From contig CAIRFN010000006.1 in NCBI GenBank assembly GCA_903877885.1, forward strand, positions 156,332-220,331: a DNA stretch of 64,000 nucleotides, given 5' to 3'. Below, in pieces: positions 36,634 through 47,850 of the stretch (the stretch's first letter is position 1; every line of letters starts with the position of its first letter). Source of the DNA: an uncultured Candidatus Berkelbacteria bacterium (GTDB taxonomy: Bacteria; Patescibacteriota; UBA1384; UBA12157). The position numbers and the translations under genes were made by a program. The notes under the pieces are model-generated. The model searched no databases, had not been told where the DNA came from, and was given only the letters and a program-made list of their open reading frames with translations.

Positions 36634-37482
36634 ATGACTACGACAAATCGATTTCCCTTGATTCTTTGGGACGAAACCGAAGAATATAAAACCGAATATC
36701 AAGCCGCTTGCGAGAGATTCAAAACTCTTTATCAAAAATTGCTTGATCGAGGTTTCCGTTGTACTTTTTTGGGCGATTTAAAATATGATCAAAACGGTGA
36801 TGTTCAAGTTTGGCTAAATTCTAATCCATCATTATATCGAAGTGATTGGACGGCTCAAATTGCTCAAGAAAAAGCTTTAATTCATGGCGATACCGGTTGG
36901 TGGAGTCTGGACGAACTTGCGGATTTTGTTGACGGCCATGGTTTGATGTTCGAATGTGCGATGTGGGATTTTGGCTGGCGTCGCAATAAATTAGATCAAA
37001 CCAAGTGGACCAAATTATCGGCCAAAGAAAAGGATAAAACTTGCCCGGCTAAAATTACAGCCAGGGAAGAAAAAAATAAACATCTATTTCTGATGATGAT
37101 TGGCCGAATACCGCAGTGGCGGAAACTAATGGTCTTACCAAATTCTTCGGCCGGGATGAATCGAACCTATAATATCAGAGTTACGACTAAAGGAATGATT
37201 TTTATTTATCTTTGGTATAATTCTTTTACGGCGTCTTCGACTGAACAAATGGGGATTTTGTCAGTAATGGCTAATAAACGGGCTTTAATTGCTGCCAATC
37301 AAAATGATTTTGTAGTCAAAGCCTTTAACGCCAAATTAGATGAACAAGATGTGATTTATATCAAGTTTATGCGAAACGACAAATGCATTTTGGAATTTAT
37401 TTGGCCTAGCCAAATTTCGGCATGCCATATAAACCAATTGTTCGACGATTTGGCTTGCAAGGTTGAATCGATCAAAATTTAA
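36634..37482 (+). CDS. Hypothetical Trp-rich protein
   Basis: 282-aa ORF with no family recognised. Confidence 0.4.
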   Translation: MTTTNRFPLILWDETEEYKTEYQAACERFKTLYQKLLDRGFRCTFLGDLKYDQNGDVQVWLNSNPSLYRSDWTAQIAQEKALIHGDTGWWSLDELADFVDGHGLMFECAMWDFGWRRNKLDQTKWTKLSAKEKDKTCPAKITAREEKNKHLFLMMIGRIPQWRKLMVLPNSSAGMNRTYNIRVTTKGMIFIYLWYNSFTASSTEQMGILSVMANKRALIAANQNDFVVKAFNAKLDEQDVIYIKFMRNDKCILEFIWPSQISACHINQLFDDLACKVESIKI

Positions 37483-37625
37483 CTTACCAAGTCGGCTTTT
37501 TATAAGGCCGATTTTTTAAATCAGCTCATAACAATCCCTTTACAACTCTTGACGAATCTGGTACAATTGGAAAAGCATTAAACGCAAAAAATATTTTTTG
37601 CCCTCAAATATGGAGTAAATAATCA

Positions 37626-40439
37626 ATGAAAGACAAAATTGTCATCCATGGCGCTCGCGCCCACAACCTAAAAAACGTGACTGTTAGTATTCCTCGTGAT
37701 GAATTAGTTGTTATCACCGGCCTTTCCGGCTCGGGTAAATCATCACTGGCCTTTGACACTTTATATATGGAAGGCCAACGCCGCTATGTGGAAAGTTTAT
37801 CCAGTTACGCTCGTCAATTTTTAGGTAATTTGGAAAAACCGGATGTCGATTTTATTGAAAATTTGTCTCCTTCAATCTCGATTGATCAGCGTTCAGCCAC
37901 CCAAAATCCGCGTTCAACTGTTGGTACTATTACTGAAATTTACGATTATTTAAGATTGTTGTTTTCAAGAATCGGTCATCCACATTGTCCACAATGCTCA
38001 AAAGAATTAGTTCGTCAACAGCCACAAGAAATTGCCGTGACAATCAAGAAAGATTTTGATTTGGAATCAGGCAAGGCTAATGTTCTAATTTTAGCTCCAG
38101 TGGTTCGTAAACAAACCGGCGAACATAAATATATCTTAAGTAAACTTCGCGCTCAAAAAATTACTCGAGTTCGAATTGATGATATTTTGATGGATTTGGT
38201 TGAAGCTTTGATGCTAACTTTGGAAAAAAGCAAACTTCACACTATTGAAGCAGTTGTGGCTCAAGTAAATCCGAATGAATTGCTTGAAGAAGCCAAATTT
38301 GAAAAACAAATTGAAAAAGCTCTTGAAATGGGTGATGGTCAAATTACGGTTAAAGATTTAACGACTGATGATGAAAAAAAATATTCTAAACATTTTACAT
38401 GTAACAAATGTGGGACGATTCTGGAAGAATTACAACCAAGAATTTTCAGTTTTAACTCGCCATATGGCGCCTGTCCATCGTGCCAAGGTTTGGGTGTAAA
38501 AATGGAAATCGACCCAAAGTTGGTGATTCCAAATCCTCGTTTAACTTTAGCCGAAGGGGCAATTCGACCTTGGGCAAGAATCACTAGCCGTGCCAACTGG
38601 CATAATAAAGCTTTGCAAGAATTATCAGCCAAATATAAATTCTCGCTCGATGACGCTGTCGAAGATTTGCCGAAAAAAGTGGTTAACATTATTCTTTATG
38701 GTGATATGAAAGACGGCGGTACATTTGAAGGTGTTATTCCCAACTTTGAAGCCCGCTATGATGAAACTGATTCTGATTATTTAAAGACTGAAATTGAAAA
38801 ATACATGGTGGAAAAAGTTTGTCCAACCTGTCACGGCCAAAGACTCCGTCCAGAAGTTTTAAATATCACTCTGGATAACAAAAACATTGTTGATGTGACC
38901 AGTATGAATATCGAAAAACTGTTAGAATATTTCAAAGAACTATCCCAAAGCAAGAATTTGAAAGATTTTGAACAAATGATCGCCGGCCAGATTATTAAAG
39001 AAGTACGCGAACGGTTGCAGTATTTGTGCGATGTTGGTTTGGGTTATTTAACCTTAGACCGTAATGCCAGCACTTTAGCTGGTGGCGAGGCCCAACGAAT
39101 TCGACTGGCGACTCAACTCGGCACCGGGCTGATGGGTGTGGTTTATGTGCTTGACGAACCATCAATCGGACTTCATCCGCGTGATCATGACAAAATGTTG
39201 AAAACTTTGAATACCTTGAAAGAACTTGGTAATACGGTGGTGGTGGTTGAACACGATCAAGCTACGATCGAAGCCGCGGACTGGGTCATTGATATGGGTC
39301 CAGGCGCTGGCGATCACGGTGGTTTGGTTTGCGCTGAAGGTACTTTGGAGGATATTAAAAACAATCCAAATTCACCAACCGGTTTGTATTTGTCTGGCAA
39401 AAAAGAAATTGCTATTCCAAAACATCGCCGACCACAGACCGACGCGCAAATTGTAGTTAAAGGTGCGCAAGAATTTAATCTTAAAAATATCGATGTCGCG
39501 ATTCCACTTAATAATTTTGTGGTTGTTTCCGGTGTTTCCGGATCTGGAAAATCAACCTTGATTTTGGATATTTTAGCCAAGGACTTGGCTCGCCAATTAC
39601 ATCACGCCAAAGAACCAGTTGGCAAGCATAAATCCATTTCTGGCGTTAAATATTTAGATAAAGTTATTTCCATTGATCAGTCGCCAATCGGCCGCACACC
39701 TCGAAGTAATACCGCGACTTATACTAATTTGTTTATGCCAATTCGGGAATTATTTGCCAACACGCCGGAATCAATCACACGCAAATATGAAGCGGCTAAA
39801 TTCAGTTTTAACCTTCGTGGTGGCCGTTGTGAAAATTGTCGCGGGGACGGATCACTAAAAATCGAAATGCATTTTTTACCTGATGTTTATATGCCTTGCC
39901 CAGAATGTAAGGGCAAACGTTATAATAAAGAAGTTTTGGAAATTACCTGGCGTGACAAAACCATTGCTGATGTTTTGGAGATGTCAGTTGAAGAAGCTTT
40001 AGCTTTCTTTGCTGGCGAAACTGAAATTATCGACAAACTTAAGGTTTTGGAAGCTGTTGGTTTAGGCTATATGCATCTTGGTCAACCAGCCACTATGCTT
40101 TCGGGTGGAGAGGCACAACGCATTAAACTGGCGACCGAGCTGTCACGTCATGATACTGGCAAAACTTTGTATATTCTAGATGAACCAACAACCGGTTTGC
40201 ATTTTGAAGATATCAAACGTTTGTTGGCAGTTTTACAGGCTTTGGTTGATAAAGGTAATACTGTGGTGGTAATTGAGCATAATCTTGATGTAATGAAATC
40301 GGCTGACTGGATTATTGATATGGGCCCAGAGGGCGGCGACAAGGGCGGTCAAATGGTTGGCGCTGGCACACCGGAACAAATCGCCAAACTCAAAGAATCC
40401 TACACCGGTAAATATTTAAAAGATTTTTTAAAAAAATAA
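37626..40439 (+). CDS. uvrA: Excinuclease ABC subunit A
   Basis: Two ABC modules ([12 protein letters not shown] and [10 protein letters not shown]), zinc-finger Cys clusters; 937 aa. Confidence 0.95.
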   Translation: MKDKIVIHGARAHNLKNVTVSIPRDELVVITGLSGSGKSSLAFDTLYMEGQRRYVESLSSYARQFLGNLEKPDVDFIENLSPSISIDQRSATQNPRSTVGTITEIYDYLRLLFSRIGHPHCPQCSKELVRQQPQEIAVTIKKDFDLESGKANVLILAPVVRKQTGEHKYILSKLRAQKITRVRIDDILMDLVEALMLTLEKSKLHTIEAVVAQVNPNELLEEAKFEKQIEKALEMGDGQITVKDLTTDDEKKYSKHFTCNKCGTILEELQPRIFSFNSPYGACPSCQGLGVKMEIDPKLVIPNPRLTLAEGAIRPWARITSRANWHNKALQELSAKYKFSLDDAVEDLPKKVVNIILYGDMKDGGTFEGVIPNFEARYDETDSDYLKTEIEKYMVEKVCPTCHGQRLRPEVLNITLDNKNIVDVTSMNIEKLLEYFKELSQSKNLKDFEQMIAGQIIKEVRERLQYLCDVGLGYLTLDRNASTLAGGEAQRIRLATQLGTGLMGVVYVLDEPSIGLHPRDHDKMLKTLNTLKELGNTVVVVEHDQATIEAADWVIDMGPGAGDHGGLVCAEGTLEDIKNNPNSPTGLYLSGKKEIAIPKHRRPQTDAQIVVKGAQEFNLKNIDVAIPLNNFVVVSGVSGSGKSTLILDILAKDLARQLHHAKEPVGKHKSISGVKYLDKVISIDQSPIGRTPRSNTATYTNLFMPIRELFANTPESITRKYEAAKFSFNLRGGRCENCRGDGSLKIEMHFLPDVYMPCPECKGKRYNKEVLEITWRDKTIADVLEMSVEEALAFFAGETEIIDKLKVLEAVGLGYMHLGQPATMLSGGEAQRIKLATELSRHDTGKTLYILDEPTTGLHFEDIKRLLAVLQALVDKGNTVVVIEHNLDVMKSADWIIDMGPEGGDKGGQMVGAGTPEQIAKLKESYTGKYLKDFLKK

Positions 40440-40464
40440 ATAGAATTAGAATAAATTAAACCTG

Positions 40465-40495
40465 AAAAAGTCCACTTCCGAAGTGGGCTTTTTGG
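40465..40495 (+). terminator. uvrA intrinsic terminator built on the same CCACTTCCGAAGTGG core as the REP elements (copy D)
   Basis: aaaaag-tccacttccgaagtggg-cttttt. Confidence 0.6.
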
Positions 40496-40517
40496 GTATT
40501 AAAATTAAATTATTTTT

Positions 40518-41987
40518 CTAAATATTTCGCAGATAGTACTCGACGGGTGCTAAATTATCGGTAAGAACTGGAGCGTCTGGAATTTTTTCTTGCCAGAGAC
40601 TTCGTAATAAAATATTCTGATTAATGTCATCAGAATGGAAAGAGTATTTTTGGTTGGTTTTAGTGGCGACTAACATAATATTTTGTAATCCCGTGGGATT
40701 TGGCACTAAACCAGTAGGTAAAAATACAAAGACTTGCGGAAAAACTTGACTAAATGTTTTGTATTCTGCTTGAGCAAATTTACCATTGTCACCAGTCAGG
40801 GCTGAAACCATGTTTACGATCACAATGCCATGATCATCTAGACTCTGGTTCATTTCTTTAACCGACTCTATGGTTGTTAAATTATAAGGTGGCGTCAATG
40901 AATTAAAAGCATCAATCAAGATGGTATTATATTGTTTTTTATTTTGGTTTAAAAACAATCTGCCATCTTCGTTGGTGATTTTAAGTCTAGAATCTTCTTG
41001 AAAATTAAAATATTTTTTGGCAATTTTAGTCATCATTGGATCAATTTCGACAACGTCAATCTTTGATTCAGGATGTCTTGCTAAAAAATCTCGCGGGTAA
41101 GTAAAAGCGCCACCACCAATCATTAGAGTATTTTGTGGCCCGGGATTGAAATAGTCGGCGAGTCGATAAAATTTAGTGTAAGTCGCAACCAGATCATTGT
41201 CTATAAAAATTGCAGATTGGGCGCCGCGGGGACCGGTGGCTAAAATTCTAACTGGTCTCAAAGTTGACTGGTCTTTTGCTTCAAATATTTTTACAGTTGA
41301 ATAGTAAGTTTCGATCAAGTTATTTTTTTGTTTTTGACAAACTACCAAAGAACTAAATAATAGAATTAAAGTAAGTGATAAAAACAGATTCGTCTTCAAA
41401 TTGAGTTTGGGAACAATTATTAAAGCTAGGGCAAAGGTACCAAAAGCCAATCCGATTAATATTTTTGTGATGCCAAAAAACGGAATTAACCAGAAACCGG
41501 CGCTAAAAGTACCTAAAATACTACCGACGGTCGATAGAGCATATAGATTGCCTACAGTTTGTCCAGACGCTTTTAAATCAATCAATTTTAATTTTGCTGC
41601 ATAGGGCGAAACCATGCCTAAAAAAATGTTCGGTAAGGCAAATAAAATTAAAGCGGAAGCAAAAGAATTAAAACGAAGATCAGAAAAGATTTTTTGGGTG
41701 ACTTCTAAAATTTGTTCATGACATATTCCGATAGCGCCAATCAAAATTGAAGAAATGACCAAGATGCCAAAAAGAATTTTGTAATTTGGATTACGGTCAG
41801 CTAGTTTCCCACCTTGCCAATAACCGATCGATAAACTCCCTAAAATTACACCAATTAAACTTGTCCAAATAAAAAGAGATGTTCCCAATGTTGGTGCTAG
41901 GATTCGAGAGCCAACTAATTCCAAAATCATTACGACTGCACCACTAAAAAGCACAATTATTTCTAAATTATATTTTTTCATATACAA
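40518..41987 (-). CDS. Spermidine synthase-like aminopropyltransferase fused to an N-terminal multi-TM domain
   Basis: N-terminal half with about 7 TM helices. The C-terminal half is the SpeE fold (MIGGGAFTYPRD, VVEIDPMM, ILIDAFNS). Confidence 0.75.
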   Translation of the reverse strand: MYMKKYNLEIIVLFSGAVVMILELVGSRILAPTLGTSLFIWTSLIGVILGSLSIGYWQGGKLADRNPNYKILFGILVISSILIGAIGICHEQILEVTQKIFSDLRFNSFASALILFALPNIFLGMVSPYAAKLKLIDLKASGQTVGNLYALSTVGSILGTFSAGFWLIPFFGITKILIGLAFGTFALALIIVPKLNLKTNLFLSLTLILLFSSLVVCQKQKNNLIETYYSTVKIFEAKDQSTLRPVRILATGPRGAQSAIFIDNDLVATYTKFYRLADYFNPGPQNTLMIGGGAFTYPRDFLARHPESKIDVVEIDPMMTKIAKKYFNFQEDSRLKITNEDGRLFLNQNKKQYNTILIDAFNSLTPPYNLTTIESVKEMNQSLDDHGIVIVNMVSALTGDNGKFAQAEYKTFSQVFPQVFVFLPTGLVPNPTGLQNIMLVATKTNQKYSFHSDDINQNILLRSLWQEKIPDAPVLTDNLAPVEYYLRNI

Positions 41988-42321
41988 ATTATATCATTTT
42001 AATGTAAATCAAACTATTTTTATTTGTTATTAAAAAAGGGGACAGACGAGTTGTCCCCAGGAAGGGTGAGAAATTCGAGATTAATGGCGAGAAGTTTTGT
42101 GTAAGGTTCTGGTGTAGGTTAGATGTTTGGTGGAATTAGTGTAATTAAGTGGTAGATCTTTTAAGATCCAGAATAAAATAGCAAAAAGCAAAATTCCAAA
42201 GAACAAATCAATTATCGTAAAACTTCGATAACGTTGTTGTAGGTGCATAATTTCCTCCCTTAGCCTCGAATATAATATCATATCAAACCAAGAAAATTTC
42301 GTCAACACTGATGTTTTTGGA

Positions 42322-42657
42322 TACGAAAAAAGCCTTAAGTAATCGATAAGCCAGGTTCTGTTTAGGCAGCATCTATCTTCGCGTCGGACCCAGTGGACAT
42401 CTGTCGAGCAGACATTGATGATAATGGGCCATCCGACTTGCACCGAGCTAGGCTTGCCACAGACATACATTACTGTATGAACGCGTGAGCTCTTACCTCA
42501 CGATTTCAACCTTACCTCCGCGGTTAGCGGATCGGCGGTATATTTTCTGTTGCGCTGTTCTCGAACCTCACGGCCCGCTCATTTTCACGAGCGCTGTACT
42601 CTTTGGTGCCTGGACTTTCCTCACTCTTGCGAGCGGAACTGCCTCGATTACTTAAGG
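42322..42657 (-). ncRNA. rnpB: RNase P RNA
   Basis: The minus-strand reading contains GAGGAAAGUCCAGGCACC (the conserved GGAAAGUCCGGGCUCC region) and ACAGAACCUGGCUUAUCG (the conserved 3' region). A 13-bp P1 helix CCUUAAGUAAUCG/CGAUUACUUAAGG is followed by a U-run. Confidence 0.8.
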
Positions 42658-42727
42658 CGGATAAATCATATCACAATTTCCTTGAAAAATCAAGATAAAA
42701 GTGGTAGAATATAAAAGTACTAATATT

Positions 42728-42798
42728 CCCGGATCGTCTAATGGCAGGACGGCTGGTTTTGGTCCAGTAAGTTGGGGTTCGAATCCCTATCCGGGAGC
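42728..42798 (+). tRNA. tRNA-Gln (anticodon UUG)
   Basis: Acceptor TCCCGGA/TCCGGGA, anticodon stem GCTGG/CCAGT with loop TTTTGGT, T arm TGGGG-TTCGAAT-CCCTA. Confidence 0.7.
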
Positions 42799-42869
42799 TT
42801 AAAAAATGAACACATTGAGTGGTCATTTTTTGTTTGAATAGTTCAACTATCATACACTAACTTCCAAGG

Positions 42870-42900
42870 TTAGTATATGGTTGCCGGTTGGGCCGAAGGC
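42870..42900. repeat. Palindromic repeat, copy 1 (ACTAACTTCCAAGGTTAGTAT + TATGGTTG)
   Basis: The same 21-nt palindrome-containing sequence and the trailing tatggttg recur at 43688-43730 in direct orientation. Confidence 0.6.
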
Positions 42901-42947
42901 GTTGACCAATATTATCGTAAATTGAACTATTGAATGCGTGGTTTTTG

Positions 42948-42968
42948 TATAAAAAATCCCGCAGAAGC
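42948..42968 (-). terminator. Intrinsic terminator downstream of the 202-aa ORF
   Basis: tcccgc-agaa-gcggga followed by a U-run on the minus strand. Confidence 0.5.
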
Positions 42969-42992
42969 GGGAGTTGTAGAATAATGTAAAAA

Positions 42993-43601
42993 TTAATGGA
43001 GTTCAAGTTCTTTTAAGCCAGATTGATCAATCTTCACAAAAATTGTGTGGTGATTTGGTCCTTCAATATCCCATGAGCCACCATCATTTTCGCAGATTTG
43101 GTAATTATCAAACGGTTTAATACATATCAAACCATATTTGTATCCAACTCTCTCAAATTGAGCGCGAACAGATGATCTTCCTAATTCGGTTATTTTAAGA
43201 ACAGTATTATGATCGGACGGAGTATGAATTTCTTCACCAATATAGAATGGTATCCCATCTTTTTCAATTGGATTAGCAATATATCCAACAGTAATTATCA
43301 TCTGCTCCATCGAGGTAGCGAGCATTGTTGCACTAATATAGCGTAGCTGAAAACCTTCGGTTGGATGAAAGATTTGCAGATCAAGACTGGTATTGCGAAG
43401 CATAGACCAGGGAGCAAGTTGCACATTCCAATTTCTTGCTTGATAAAAAGTAAAAATCTGTTGATGCAAAATCGCGGTTGGATTTTTGGTCCCCGATGCG
43501 ATTTTCAGCTGAAATTCTTCAGGCGAAGATGGGAAGCCGAATGGATATTCAAAATGTGGGGTCAAACAGAGAAACTTTTGTAAAGGATCGATCGAATTCA
43601 T
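42993..43601 (-). CDS. Hypothetical protein flanked by direct palindromic repeats
   Basis: 202-aa ORF with no domain recognised. Confidence 0.4.
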   Translation of the reverse strand: MNSIDPLQKFLCLTPHFEYPFGFPSSPEEFQLKIASGTKNPTAILHQQIFTFYQARNWNVQLAPWSMLRNTSLDLQIFHPTEGFQLRYISATMLATSMEQMIITVGYIANPIEKDGIPFYIGEEIHTPSDHNTVLKITELGRSSVRAQFERVGYKYGLICIKPFDNYQICENDGGSWDIEGPNHHTIFVKIDQSGLKELELH

Positions 43602-43687
43602 AGGTCCGCTCCTTATTGAGAAGATGTTTATAAGTTAACAGATAGAATAAGAAAACGCAATATTTTTGTAAACAAATAATCCGATAC

Positions 43688-43730
43688 TAACTTCCAAGGT
43701 TAGTATCGGATTAGTATATGGTTGATAACT
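43688..43730. repeat. Palindromic repeat, copy 2 (extended stem CCGATACTAAC..GTTAGTATCGG)
   Basis: ccgatactaacttccaaggttagtatcggattagtatatggttg. Confidence 0.6.
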
Positions 43731-43790
43731 GATTGACATATCCAATTTTTTCTGGTTTAATACAATTATCTTGTACCGGAGGTAAGTTAG

Positions 43791-44495
43791 ATGAGTACCT
43801 TAAGACAACAACTTCGTGAAGTGCGCCAAAATATCGCTGAAGCGGACAGTTTATTATTGTTAGATGGAATGAAATATCCACGTGGACGATTTTATAATTT
43901 AGAAGAAGATGCAGTTGGAAAGAGAGAATCAAGTATTGCCATCATCCAAGCATACAATCTTTTAAAAGAAACCGGTAAAAATTATCCGAAACTGTTAAAT
44001 CATCTTTACTATTTAGCCAGAGATGTTTATCAATCAGAGCATGATGATTATATTTTGAGAGTTAGCGAAACACCGACCGAAGTTCGCGATCAGATCAAAG
44101 CTATTGCCGGCGAAGGTCGTCAAATTCATAATTCACCGGGCATTTCCATCGAACGTCGAATCACGGATTCCCGCTTGTTTGTTATTGGAGATAATATCTT
44201 CCCGGCACAAATTCGAGATTCCAAACGCGGTTGTAGCGCCTCGATTTGCACCAACTGTTTTGAGCCGATTGCATATTCGACCCAAAAGTGTCGATGTTGC
44301 AACTTTGAATTGATTGGACCGTTTGGTTTTCCGGAAATTGAAGTCTGGCAAAAACTTTCTGAATTCGAAAAAAGAAGGTTGGTCGAAAAAGTCTATTGTA
44401 GTAACAATCATGGAAAATTAGGCGTATTAGTCAAAGGAGAACTGAAGAAAGTTGTTTTAGCTAAAATCAGAGTTTTCAATATCAGCCGGCGATAG
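43791..44495 (+). CDS. Hypothetical protein with a Cys cluster (CSASICTNC ... CRCCNFE)
   Basis: 234-aa ORF with a possible zinc ribbon. Confidence 0.4.
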   Translation: MSTLRQQLREVRQNIAEADSLLLLDGMKYPRGRFYNLEEDAVGKRESSIAIIQAYNLLKETGKNYPKLLNHLYYLARDVYQSEHDDYILRVSETPTEVRDQIKAIAGEGRQIHNSPGISIERRITDSRLFVIGDNIFPAQIRDSKRGCSASICTNCFEPIAYSTQKCRCCNFELIGPFGFPEIEVWQKLSEFEKRRLVEKVYCSNNHGKLGVLVKGELKKVVLAKIRVFNISRR

Positions 44496-44526
44496 TATCA
44501 AAGGCTTTTTAATTACCAAAAAAACG

Positions 44527-44552
44527 GCCGCCTGGCCGTTTTTTGGATTAGA
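44527..44552. terminator. Bidirectional terminator between convergent genes
   Basis: aaaaaaacggccgcctggccgtttttt. Confidence 0.6.
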
Positions 44553-44562
44553 CTATACAAAT

Positions 44563-45021
44563 CTAATTAGTAGTCTCGGTTGTCGTTGTTTTATGATTGA
44601 TTCTCGGTAAATATTTACCATTGAATGAACCGACGGTCGGAATTGATTTGACATCAGCTTTAACCGTGGTCAAATCAGTATCGGCATTGATTTTTGCCTT
44701 CAAGGTATTAAGGCTGGCAATATCGGCATTGATATCATTGATGATCGCGCCTTTTTGGTCAGTATCCAAAGTCGTTTTTTTAGTGGTAATGCTAATTAAA
44801 CGATTTAAACGATTGATATCTTTGCGGATTATTCTTGCACCTAATTTCTGCCACTTTTTGACTTGCTTTTGATTGATTTTAACAATTTTTTGTTCAAGTC
44901 TAACTTTAGCGGTCGCGATTTTTTGCTCGCGGGTCAAGGCGGTATCGCTTTTAGCTGAAACCATTGTTGGCATCATTAGAATTACTGCCAAAGCAATTAT
45001 TAAGATCAGTTTTTTGTTCAT
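44563..45021 (-). CDS. Hypothetical secreted coiled-coil protein
   Basis: Signal peptide MNKKLILIIALAVILMMPTMVSA, then heptad-like repeats. Confidence 0.4.
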   Translation of the reverse strand: MNKKLILIIALAVILMMPTMVSAKSDTALTREQKIATAKVRLEQKIVKINQKQVKKWQKLGARIIRKDINRLNRLISITTKKTTLDTDQKGAIINDINADIASLNTLKAKINADTDLTTVKADVKSIPTVGSFNGKYLPRINHKTTTTETTN

Positions 45022-45121
45022 ATATCTCCTTAATTAATCAAATATTATTTAGCAAGTAAAATTGATTTTTTTAGCCTCCTTTCTTTTTCTTAGCTATATC
45101 ATATTTTGAAAAACTTAGAAT

Positions 45122-47644
45122 TTACTGAAAATGTTTGCGATTTTGAAATTTGTAAATTTCAAACCAAGCAATTGATAAGAACGACAGACCGAAACTGACC
45201 AATAAATTAGTCAAAGAAATTTGTTCGAATTTAAAAATATCATTTAAAAATGGCATATAAATTGAAGCAGCCAGAAAAATTAAGGCAACAAAAATTATTA
45301 TTTTGAAAGCTAGATTTGTTTTAAAAATTGATTTAAAAATAGATTTGGTCCAACTTAAGTTGGCGGCTAACAGGAATAAATTGGAAAAGATAATGGTGGA
45401 AAATGTCATTGTTCGGATTTGGTCGGGAGATAAGCCACTAGTTTGGGCATAGTTATAACTAACAAGAATTAGGATCAGGGCCGACAAGCCTTGAAAAAAA
45501 CTAATCATCAGCATTTTTGAACTAAAAATCGGTTCGCTGATTGATCGAGGTTTTTGGTGCATAATATCAGGATCAGCCGGTTCTTGTTCAAATACAATGG
45601 TGCAGGCCGGATCGATAATTAATTCTAAAAAGACAATGTGAGCTGGCAGCAAGATAAGCGGCCAACCAAGTAAAACCGGTATGAGTGATAAACCAGCGAT
45701 CGGAATATGAACTGCTAAAGTGTAACTCATGGCTTTAATTAAATTATTATAAATTCTTCGACCAAGTCTAATACCGCCAACAATTGAAACAAAATTATCA
45801 TCAAGTAAAATCAAAGATGCGGCCTCGCGGGCGACGTCAGTGCCACGTGCGCCCATAGCAATGCCAATGTGCGCTGATTTTAAGGCTGGCGCGTCGTTAA
45901 CGCCATCACCGGTCATCGCCACAATTTCACCATTGGCTTTTAGGGCGTTAACAATCAATAATTTTTGTTCAGGAATAACTCGGGCAAAAACATTGGTGAT
46001 TTTAATTTTTTCGGCTAATTCTGCGGCTGACATTTCTTCTAGTTCACCACCAGTAATAACGGTTTCGAAGTTTTTAAGACCAATAGTTTTGGCAATATTA
46101 ATCGCGGTTTCTGGATAATCACCGGTAATCATAATTGTTCGAACTCCGGCCGAATAGCACAGTTCGACAGCATTAGTAACTTCCTTGCGAACCGGGTCGG
46201 AAAGTCCGACTAAGCCTAAAAATTCGAAATTAATTTCCTGGCGATTGTCTGGCAAGGTTTTTTGATTAGAATTGGCTTTAGCCACGCCCAAAACTCTCAA
46301 ACCATTTTGAGCCATTTTTTTAATTTCTTGATGAATTGCCAATTTTTTATCTTCAGCCAGTTTGCATAGATGCATAATTGCTTCCGGTGAACCTTTCGCT
46401 GCTATCAAATAATTATTATCTTTGATCGATTGCCAGCCATGAACAACTGTTAGTGAAGTTTTTTCCAAAGGATATTCTTTGACTAATTTGTGATTATGAT
46501 AGATTTGACTAAAGTTTGGTAAAACATCACGACCCAAATTAAGGAAAGCAGTTTCCATCGGATCGAACGGTTCGGGTTGGCAAGCGTAAATGGCATAAGT
46601 TAAAATCTCATGACCTTGGCCGTTTGCAAAATCCGTTCCAGAGTAATTACCGCTTTCAGAATTTATTTGAGCAATAATCATTTTATTTTCGGTAATAGTG
46701 CCGGTTTTATCGACGCATAAAACGCTGGCGCTACCGAGTGTTTCAATTGCCGCTGAACGCCTGGTTAAAACATTGTTTTTTGAAAGTCGCCAAGCACCGA
46801 CAGCTAGGAAAATCGTCAAGATAATCGGAAATTCTTCCGGTAAAAGGCTCATTGCCATCGTAATGCCAGCTAAAATCGCTTGGATCCAACTGCCACGGGT
46901 TAAGCCATAATAAATAATTAGAATTAGAGAAAGACTAATGCTAATCAAAGCCACTTTTCTAATCATTTTTCCAACTTCTTTTTGAAGTAGCGTTTTTTCT
47001 GGTGTAATACTCGCCAAAGCTTTGCCAATCCGACCAACTTGAGTCAGCTGACCAGTGGCGATTACTTGAGCTAAGCCGTGACCTTTAACAACTAAAGTGC
47101 CAGAAAAAACATAAGGCAGATTATCACCGCCAGGTTTTATTTCCGGCAAATTTTCAGTTTGGACTAGTTTGTTTACCGCCACAGATTCTCCAGTTAAAAG
47201 CGATTCATCGACTTGTAGATTAATTGCTTCCAAAATAATAGCATCGGCTGGAATACGGTCGCCTTCGGCTAAAATAATCAGATCATTTTCTACTACTTCT
47301 CGGCCAGGGATTCTAATTATTTTTCCATCGCGCATCACCAAAGCTCGCGGACTGGCCAAATTTTTTAAAGCCTCCAAAGATTTTTCGGTTTTTCGTTCCT
47401 GATAAATAGTAATACCAACAATAAATAGGACAAAGAATAATAAAAGACTACCTTCTTTTTGATCGCCTAAGAAAAAGTAAATCGTGGCACTGATTAATAG
47501 TAATAAAATCATCGGTTCTTTAATGACTTCAAAAAATAAGGTCAAAGTATTTTTTGATTTTTCTGATTCAATTTCGTTAAAACCAAATTTTTTTAGGTTT
47601 GATCTCGCTTGAGCCGAAGTCAAACCTTGAAATTTTGTATTCAT
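45122..47644 (-). CDS. Cation-transporting P-type ATPase (type II, Ca2+/Mg2+-like)
   Basis: CVDKTGTITENKM phosphorylation motif, MITGDYPETA, VAMTGDGVNDAPALK; 10 TM segments; 840 aa. Confidence 0.9.
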   Translation of the reverse strand: MNTKFQGLTSAQARSNLKKFGFNEIESEKSKNTLTLFFEVIKEPMILLLLISATIYFFLGDQKEGSLLLFFVLFIVGITIYQERKTEKSLEALKNLASPRALVMRDGKIIRIPGREVVENDLIILAEGDRIPADAIILEAINLQVDESLLTGESVAVNKLVQTENLPEIKPGGDNLPYVFSGTLVVKGHGLAQVIATGQLTQVGRIGKALASITPEKTLLQKEVGKMIRKVALISISLSLILIIYYGLTRGSWIQAILAGITMAMSLLPEEFPIILTIFLAVGAWRLSKNNVLTRRSAAIETLGSASVLCVDKTGTITENKMIIAQINSESGNYSGTDFANGQGHEILTYAIYACQPEPFDPMETAFLNLGRDVLPNFSQIYHNHKLVKEYPLEKTSLTVVHGWQSIKDNNYLIAAKGSPEAIMHLCKLAEDKKLAIHQEIKKMAQNGLRVLGVAKANSNQKTLPDNRQEINFEFLGLVGLSDPVRKEVTNAVELCYSAGVRTIMITGDYPETAINIAKTIGLKNFETVITGGELEEMSAAELAEKIKITNVFARVIPEQKLLIVNALKANGEIVAMTGDGVNDAPALKSAHIGIAMGARGTDVAREAASLILLDDNFVSIVGGIRLGRRIYNNLIKAMSYTLAVHIPIAGLSLIPVLLGWPLILLPAHIVFLELIIDPACTIVFEQEPADPDIMHQKPRSISEPIFSSKMLMISFFQGLSALILILVSYNYAQTSGLSPDQIRTMTFSTIIFSNLFLLAANLSWTKSIFKSIFKTNLAFKIIIFVALIFLAASIYMPFLNDIFKFEQISLTNLLVSFGLSFLSIAWFEIYKFQNRKHFQ

Positions 47645-47714
47645 AATCTCTTTCTTTTTCTACTATATATATTAGTATAGCAAAAAATATTGATTGAGTC
47701 TTTGAAAACTTATA

Positions 47715-47743
47715 TTGACAATTGAACAGATTTGTGGTACTAT
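47715..47743 (+). promoter_or_regulatory. sigma70-like promoter (TTGACA-17-TACTAT) for the RRM protein gene
   Basis: TTGACA at 47715-47720 and TACTAT at 47738-47743. Confidence 0.45.
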
Positions 47744-47751
47744 ATATATGT

Positions 47752-47850
47752 AAGTTTAATGACCTCGTGAAGATGACGAATCGACCCGAGACGTAAGCTT
47801 AGGTCGATTTATTAGTAATTCCTCGTTTACGAGGAAATTTCAAGGAAAAA
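47752..47850 (+). promoter_or_regulatory. Structured ~100-nt 5' UTR of the RRM protein gene
   Basis: Two hairpins: tcgacc..ggtcga and ttcctcg-ttta-cgaggaa. Confidence 0.35.

Noticed and set aside
42081-42470. 129-aa ORF from the six-frame track.
   Set aside because: It lies entirely within or overlaps the RNase P RNA gene, and its GC-rich composition reflects RNA structure rather than coding.
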